Notes under the pieces: generated by a model
Told to the model about the DNA's origin: nothing
What the model saw: only the letters and a program-made list of their open reading frames with translations
Database searches by the model: none
Made by a program: the position numbers and the translations under genes
Assembly: GCA_030141605.1 (NCBI GenBank)
Contig: JAQGDQ010000935.1
Coordinates: 1-57,439 of the forward strand
DNA length: 57,439 nt
DNA from: Tubiluchus corallicola
Lineage: Eukaryota > Animalia > Priapulida
Direction of reading: 5' to 3'
In this document: piece by piece, positions 47,568 through 57,439 of the stretch
Numbering within the stretch: the first letter of the stretch is position 1
Layout of the letters: the number at the start of each line of letters is the position of its first letter

Positions 47568-48237
47568 TCCCGTAGGTAATTAGCCTCACATGAGACATTC
47601 ACAACTTCTATAAAAAATCCGTAAAACTTTACGCTAATTATTTAGAAAGATTGACGCTGTACATTATCTGTATAGTTTATAGATTATTCGCTTATGAATA
47701 AATCTATCGAGCCGTTCAGTTCGCCGTGCTGTCCTTTTCGTTCATGTAATACAAAAAATTGCAGTTTACTAATTGTGAGATAAACAATGCATACCAAATT
47801 TCGCGAATTTAGATTCCATGACAACTGGAAATGCCCGTGTACGTCTGTAATCTTTCCGACAATAGATATATCTGTTGTAATCTTTAGACAATAGACAATA
47901 GATAAACTAACCATAGTCACACGTAAACAGAGAGACATTGCTAGTTGTACGTCACTCGTTTATACTTTCATAACCCTTGAGGTACATACAATTATTTATG
48001 ACCATTATACCTGAAATACTGCAATAAAATACCCCAATTGGGCATATGAGGTAAAGAATGCCATAGAATGCGTTTGGAATGAATTCAAGTCAGACGAACA
48101 ATGAATCATAATTAACGAATAATGCTTCGAACGTGCGACGCTCAAGGGCAATATTGTTTATCGCACACTTCGCGCGAGGCTAGTAACCTTTCCCTGGGCA
48201 CACGCGAAATTTAAGTCTGTTCCGCTTACTGAATGTT

Positions 48238-49602
48238 GGTAAAATGGCACAGAAAAAAGTTGTACAGAAAAAATGGCACAAATAGAAAAGTAGGTAAAAT
48301 GGCACAGGTAAACCTGGCACAAGAAAAAATGGCACAAATGGAAAAATGGGAAAAAATGGCACACGTCGTAAAATATGAGTTTATTTGCAATAAATTAGTA
48401 TTATACGAGAACAAGGAGCAAACACATTTTAATATTTATTATAATTAAGCATGATATATTCAAGGCACACCGGTTTCATTACAAACAACAGAAATATCTC
48501 ATCATCACATGTAAAGCAGGACTATAATGTAAAAGACTTAAAATGTAGTAAAATCTTCATGGTCATCAGAAACAATAAAGCCTAATAAAAATGGCGAACA
48601 AGTAAGTAAGTAACTGAAAACTGCAACTATCAGCATGTAAATCCAGCGGGTCTTTTCTTTGATGTATCGCTTGTTTTGTTATTGTATTGCTCAAATAAAT
48701 TAAGAATGCTGTGAAGACTCCGCTAGATACATTCATTACAACTAACACTGTAATTAGCTAATTAGCAAACAGTGTATTTTTCTCACAATCAATAATATGC
48801 TAATGTGGCGGTTTTGATTTAAATCTGTTACCTACTGGTCCGGCTAAATTGCTTAGGAATGTATGGAAACTACAAGCTCATTCGTTTGGGAAGCGGCTTC
48901 CTTTTGGAAGCTCTTCCGTTTGAAGATTTTCACAGGATGTTTAAGACGATCAGACACTTGATCCAAACGTGAGCATATTAAGCTGCGTCTACTGTATATT
49001 ACAGGTTGCGTCATAATTATGTTAATTGTTTTCTTATTTTTTAAATTATCTGTATCGAAGCAACACTTGCCATTTTTCCTGTTTTTTTCATTTATACCAT
49101 TTTTCCTGTTTTTTCATGTGTACCATTTTTCCTGTTCTTTCATTTGTACCATTTTTCCTGTTTTTTCATTTGTGCCATTTTTCCTGTTCTTTCATTTGTA
49201 CCATTTTTCCTGTTCTTTCATTTGTACCATCTTTCCTGTTTTTTCATTTGTGCCATTTTTCCTGTTCTTTCATTTGTGCCATTTTTCCTGTTCTTTCATT
49301 TGTACCATTTTTCCTGTTCTTTCATTTGTGCCATTTTTCCTGTTCTTTCATTTGTGCCATTTTTCCTGTTCTTTCATTTGTACCATTTTCCCTGTGCTTT
49401 CATTTGTGCCATTTTTCCTGTTCTTTCATTTGTACCATTTTTCCTGTTCTTTCATTTGTGCCATTTTTCCTGTTCTTTCATTTGTACCATCTTTCCTGTT
49501 TTTTCATTTGTGCCATTTTTCCTGTTTTTTTCATTTGTGCCATTTTCCCTGTTTTTTCATTTGTACCATTTTTCCTGTTTTTTTCATTTGTGCCATTTTT
49601 CC
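48238..49602. mobile_element. Foldback-like element with inverted AAAATGGCACA arrays; right array expanded to a 26-bp minisatellite
   Basis: Left 48238-48363 has several aaaatggcaca motifs; right 49066-49602 has ~20 copies of TTCATTTGTGCCATTTTTCCTGTTCT. Confidence 0.7.
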
Positions 49603-51976
49603 TATTGTTGTTGTTATTTTTCCACCTAATACTCTTTATGTTTTAAATGCCTCAACTTTCAGGCATAAAATGAAAGTATTAATTGATGAAATGCTATTTT
49701 ACTAATCTGAAATGTGCTGTTAATAAAATCAGAATATGAACTCACAGGGGTTTTACTAACGTCACGTCACTCTTCACTTGTGAAGGATGATGCCTGCGGT
49801 TTCATTTCAAAAGGCTTAAACACAACATAAATATAGTGAATAAAGTACGAAATATATCTGTAACGCAAATTTTTAAGCAAGTTTATAGCTGGAAGTAATG
49901 TATAATATGTTTCAATATGAGTAAATAAAAAACGTGACTTAGTTACCTATGGTTTTCATAGTATCTTGACCTATCTTTATTTAAAACTAATTATGACTGC
50001 AGTATTGACTTACTTGCAAGTGAAACTAGAATGTTCGCTAGGCGATTAAATGTGGTAACGCGTCAAGGAGTCAACCACTAGCGTTAACTTCTACACCACG
50101 CATGGAAACAAACTTACTTTTGAATAATTTATTCATTCAACAGTATTAGCATACTATTTAAATGTTCCACCTTTGGTTCCAACTAAAGCGCAATTGCGTA
50201 TACATCATGTCACTTTCCGTAAATGTATCATCTCAGCTCTACTGCCAGTTTTTGTTGTACTATGATTAGTTCCGGACAAATGATTTCTGTGCCATTCGCT
50301 GAGAAAATTGAACACTCTCAGTCCTACATGAGGTAAGCTTACGACTTTTTTTTGACTACCGCATGTTTAGGTAAATATTTGCCCAAGACACACCTGGCAA
50401 ATAAAAGCAAGTAAAGTAAGACTTTACAACCAGTAGTATAATTATTTGTCTATCCACCTACCCCTCTTATTTTGACCATTCGATTGTACCATACAAGCAC
50501 TATCTATGCCTCATTATGTTTCTGGCTTCTGTTATGTATGCAGATCAAGTCTAGTCGTAACTGTAGGTATATATCACATTAAGTCTGCAACTGCAAGATG
50601 AATATATGGATTTTGGCTGGTCTATTGGTCGCGTAGCTTGGTAACGATAGATGGCAGCTCCGGACGACTGATATAAGTTATTTTGTAACTAGAGTACAGG
50701 AAGGGTGTATAAAATTTGCTTGGATGATCGTTCAAGTTTTTTTTGCACTTGACGCTTTCATATGTAAGCTTATTCGTATACGTCACTGACAGTTTACGGA
50801 AAGGAAGTTAATGAATTGGATCTCGTGAGATCGTAAGATGTGTTAATATCTAAATCAACCGGAATTACTTTGCGACAGACGTTTCCCGAGTTCCGTTCTG
50901 TACTGTCTCTCTTAGAGCAGATTGACACCGCCCACAACTAGGTGAAATATCGAATGCTCTAATTTACCATTTTTACTAGTATCGAGTGCCGTTTTCAGCC
51001 TATTATTAGTAAATCCTAAAGGCGTTATTTTCGAACGATATTTTCGCTGATTCATGACCTTGAGCTTTTGACCTAAGGTCACTGTTTACTGTATCTGCTG
51101 TATTTCATGTAAAGGATTTGTTTATTTACAAGTCTTATCATCCATAAATGTGTTGACTCTTGTGCGTTTATTTTTTCAAGCTTTAGCTAAATAAAGAATT
51201 TTATACATTTATGTAAGGTTGTTCTATTTCATATAATAATTTTGTTGTTAATTTTTGTGAAAATAAACAAAAAACATACTACACGAACGTGCTTTCGGAT
51301 AGTTGGCAATGCAAATTGAAATGCAGGTCAACTTGACTGTAATAACTGTAAGATCTGCTATGTAATATTGTGTGAGATATTAAATAATTATAAGAAGTTT
51401 GTGCTAACTAAAGTAGCTTACTACAAAATTTTATAGTCCAAAGCTTTTTGTAGTAACTTACTCTAAAATTTGATTTTATATATTTTATTTTGTTAAAGTT
51501 TATTTCAGCACATAAATTACTGTCGAAATCATGTAGTAAGCTACATAAACTTTTCAACCAGTATGTTTGACGGAATAGCTTTACTTTGGCCGTCGGCCTT
51601 TCTAGCATAGATGCTAATTCATTGCATAGTGATACCATGATGTATCTAGGGAATTTCTAGAGGCTAATCTCTGGAACACTAAAATTAATCGTTCTCATCT
51701 AAAGATCTAGTTCTCTTCTTATTAAATTTCTCCGTTTATTTCTGTTAGCTACACCCGACACAGACATTTTAAACGCCCACCACATGCGGAAGTGACGTAA
51801 GCTCTAATCCTTGCGTAAAGCTACAAACAAATTTAAGAAGGTTTTTACGAAAACTGCTTAATAATCCGTGCGTAACAAAGCGGGTTCGTACGCGTAAACG
51901 TACGAAGAAAATCGTTCGTAAGAACTTTAATAAATCTGGCTCAAAGGATTTTCTGCATTAACAACAGGAAGAGCTG

Positions 51977-52456
51977 GCGGCATTATTATTAGATTTTAAT
52001 GCCCCAAATTAACGTGAAAAGTAGTTGTTCTTTTATCTTTGTGAAATAATTCACACTTTGGTTTTTAATTTTTGATGAATGTGCCAGAATTTTAATCCGT
52101 CCAAAACAGTGAGCACCCAAATGAGGTTAATCAGCCAGGCAAAGCGCCCACATGCACCTTGTGTAGCTAATGGTGAAATGCAGTCAAATCTTTTTATACT
52201 GCCTACTTTGGGACTGGAGGCATTATTATTAGATTTTAATGCCCCAAATTAACGTGAAAAGTAGTTGTTCTTTTATCTTTGTGAAATAATACACACTTTG
52301 GTTTTTCATTTTTGATGAATATGCTAGAATTTTAATCTGTCCAAAACAGTGAGCACCCAAATGAGGTTAATCAGCCAGGCAAAGCGCCCACATGCACCTT
52401 GTGTAGCTAATGGTGAAATGCAGTCAAATCTTTTTATACTGCCTACTTTGGGACTG
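51977..52456. repeat. 240-bp tandem duplication (2 copies)
   Basis: ggcattattattagattttaatgcc...gcctactttgggactg is repeated at a period of 240 with about 5 substitutions. Confidence 0.95.
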
Positions 52457-52479
52457 CAAAAAAGTTGGTGTTATGGTGA

Positions 52480-52612
52480 GTTTGGCGTTATAATGAGGTG
52501 CATTAATACAAACATTTCTATGTAAATATATACGTTTTATTTTACTAAAAATTTGAGCGTTAAGCGAGGCTCGGCTGTATAAAGGGGGGCGTTATAACGA
52601 GGTTTGACTGTA
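52480..52612. mobile_element. pogo/Tigger-like terminal fragment
   Basis: Ends gcgttataacgaggtttgactg|ta (reverse complement TA|CAGTCAAACCTCGTTATAACG), with an internal repeat gcgttataatgagg; the matching end was not found. Confidence 0.45.
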
Positions 52613-52875
52613 TTCAAAGACAAACGTTTCAAAAGAAAAACGAATTTTCGAAGGTAACATTTAGTTTGTAACAACTTTATCATGACAGCTGCAGCGAAAT
52701 ATGAAGCAAAATGATTAACGAAAGAGCAGAGGAAAAATAATTAATGATATAAACTGTGATTAATATGCTGATGGCTGGTTTTAAACACGCCAATGTTAAG
52801 CTGTTTCAATGTACACAGCACTCTCCACCATAATCTTCTTAGTCCTCAATTTTTGTCTAATGTTCACAGTTTTTT

Positions 52876-53180
52876 AGTCTTCAAGTTTGCCATTGAAAAT
52901 TTATTTAGTCCTCAACTTTGACATTGAAAACTTGTTTAGTCCTCCACTTTGACGTTGAAAATTTATTCTGCAACTTTGACATTGAAAATTTATTTAGTCC
53001 GCAACTTTGACATTGAAAATTTATTTACTCCTCAACTTTGACATTGAAAACTTGTTCAGTCCTCCACTTTGACGTTGAAAATTTATTTAGTACTCAACTT
53101 TGATGTTGACAATTTATTTAGTCCTCAACTTTGACGTTGACAATTTATTTAGTTCTCAACTATAACGTTGACAATTTTCT
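52876..53180. repeat. 31-bp minisatellite, ~10 copies, just downstream of TTLL copy 2 stop
   Basis: Unit TTGACATTGAAAATTTATTTAGTCCTCAACT. Confidence 0.9.
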
Positions 53181-53227
53181 AATCCCAGTTTCTTTTCCTT
53201 GATACATTGATGTTCAGAAACTTTTTC

Positions 53228-55431
<2,204 letters not shown>

Positions 55432-55574
55432 CTGGTAATAAACATACAAAGAGTTAAAGTCAACATGTACCTACGGAATGTACGCGCATTATTTGTGGCT
55501 GTGGATGACGCCAAATGAATGTACACAGTACATACATGAAAGAGCCAGCCTACGGGAACATGTTTATTGAGCGT

Positions 55575-55751
55575 ATCGACTGCGACAGTCTGTATCAATA
55601 TTATAAATCAAGCCCAAAAGGGGATTGTATGTAATGAATTTTTAGCGCCACCAGTACTTTCGATATTACAATGACCCTGTGAAATACCGGAAGTGCATAC
55701 TACCCTTTTTTGGCTTGATTTATAGTATTGAATATGACTATTACAGTCGAA
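55575..55751. mobile_element. Short hairpin MITE
   Basis: TCAATATTATAAATCAAGCCCAAAAGGG..GTATG (55595-) pairs with CATACTACCCTTTTTTGGCTTGATTTATAGTATTGA (-55731); the outer flanks tcgactgcgacagtc / gactattacagtcga are also inverted. Confidence 0.75.
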
Positions 55752-55779
55752 ACGATCGTCTATGCTAGTAGGGTAGATG

Positions 55780-57439
55780 TTACACTTCTGGCCGATTTCC
55801 CGGGGGGTGGGGATTTCCCCGGGGGGGGGTGGGGAAAAACACCCCTAAAAAAGTGCGAAAATCCGGAAACACCCCTAAAAAAGTGAAGTGGCTCTATTGT
55901 CTTGCTAGTTAAGTGACCAATTTAAGGATTAGGAGTGACGGTTGGTCGACGGGCCACGCCCCCCTCGGCTGCCGGGGGTGGGAAAAAAATTCACCCCCTA
56001 AAAAAAGTGAAGTGGGTCTATTGTTGCGCTAGTTAAGTGTCCGATTTAAGGATTAGGAGTGACGGTTGGAACTCCCGCACGCTTTGGGGGGGTGCGCCCG
56101 GCGAGAACACCCCCCTCCGCGGTAAATGCAGTCGTCCGTTCGACACGCGCTCGCTGCGCACTTTGCTCCACCCTAATTGTACCTAATCCGGTAATCGACT
56201 CTCGCCGCCTAGCTAGCTAGATAATGGGCTAAAAGATTTCTCTAGCCACGTGCAGCAGTGCACAGTCTCGTCGTCGTCGTTAAATGGTTAGGATGTTCTT
56301 TTATGCGAGTCTAAATTGCCATGCAATTTTTTAAAATTTTACCCCACCCTCATCCGGGTTAGAATGTTCTTTTATGCGCGTCTAAGTTGCAATACAATTT
56401 TTAAAAATTTTATCCTACCTTTATCCGAGATGGATGGATGGATGGATGCCGTCGCCGAAAAGCCTCCTTCGCTCCATCCAATGCGGTCGCATCGTGCAAC
56501 ATACAGTCTACTCACACGCGCACACACCACCGAGCACGATTGTTAGCACGGGCCGACCATTAGCACGAACGTTACCACGTGTAACATACAGTCTACTCAC
56601 GCGTCATCCACTTTTTTTATCCGACAGAACAATAATAACTAATGTTAGTTAAAATTATCCTTTCATTTTGTAAAATCTTTCTATCTGTACTAACTCGCAT
56701 GTTTAAACCCGCAACGAATGCACTCATCTGATCAGACGCCAAGGCAGGCACGTGTCTATTTTGTAAAAATCTTTCTATCTGTACTAACTCGCATGTTTAA
56801 ACCCGCAACGAATGCAATCATCTGATCAGACGCCAAGGCAGGCACGTGTCTATTGCTTAATCCGATAATTGGCTCGACTACCTAGCTAATGAGGGCTTAA
56901 TCCGTTAATTGACTTGCTAGACATGACACCCGCGGCTATTTAAGTGCGTGTACCTGTTTTTTAAAAGCCCGTTGGAATGTACAGCAAGCAGACAGTAGGA
57001 CAGCTGCCGTCTAGGCAATTGAATGCCTGCAGCCTTCTAGTCTGCACAAATTTCAACGAGTCAGTATTTTTTAGGTGAGGATATATATATATATATAATC
57101 CCAAAAACTCACAAGTTGCATTAGCCACATTTTTATTGAAAGATTTCTTTTTTGACAATAGGGTATTTAAAATTTTACTTTTATCTAGACTAGATGTACA
57201 AAGAGAAAAAACTGAGGCGCTTTACTATTAGACTAAAATTGCCAGAGACTGAAGTGTATTTACTTTTTAAAATATTCATTTATCTTTATCCTGATGGGGT
57301 GTACCTTTACTATTTAAAAAATATTCATTTATCTTTATCCTGGTCGGATGCTTTCTTCCGGTTGACAAAAACGATGTTGGGTGGGGGACCCATGCTCGTT
57401 GATGACGCCGTTATTGTTGTTGTTGCTGACGATGTTGTT
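55780..57439. repeat. Unclassified GC-richer insertion with nested direct repeats, runs off window
   Basis: Repeated acccctaaaaaagtg..ttaaggattaggagtgacggttgg (2x), ~95-bp duplication at 56665-56855, and aacatacagtctactcac (2x); composition shifts abruptly. Confidence 0.5.

Noticed and set aside
49019-49705. Three overlapping Phe-rich membrane-like ORFs
   Set aside because: A 26-bp repeat lacking stops in all frames on this strand.

Overview
This is AT-rich, intron-containing eukaryotic (invertebrate metazoan-like) genomic DNA, with no prokaryotic features or CRISPR array. (1) 1-17940 is a giant fold-back: two ~7.9-kb inverted arms (1-7922 and 10010-17940) around a ~2.1-kb spacer. It holds two convergent, 3'-truncated copies of an SLC3 heavy chain (4F2hc/rBAT-like GH13 pseudo-enzyme). 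The junction lies at a Penelope GIY-YIG relic, and the outer end of the right arm crosses a decayed OTU protease domain. (2) A 6-exon cytosolic sulfotransferase (minus strand) has an apparently broken 5'-PSB loop and a 5S rRNA-like copy in an intron. (3) A complete 4-exon GT43 beta-1,3-glucuronosyltransferase (B3GAT, plus strand) follows. (4) There are two tandem TTLL4-like ATP-grasp ligase genes (minus strand). The complete copy (13 exons, 560 aa as reconstructed by hand) lacks the long TTLL4 N-terminus and begins with a signal-peptide-like exon. It keeps the catalytic core but has unusual residues at the acceptor- and donor-specificity motifs, so it is the best candidate for an undescribed system (a possibly secretory-pathway amino-acid side-chain ligase family). 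Introns and intergenic DNA contain many MITEs, minisatellites and compound microsatellites. All gene models were spliced by eye from GT-AG sites and phase compatibility; no searches were run.
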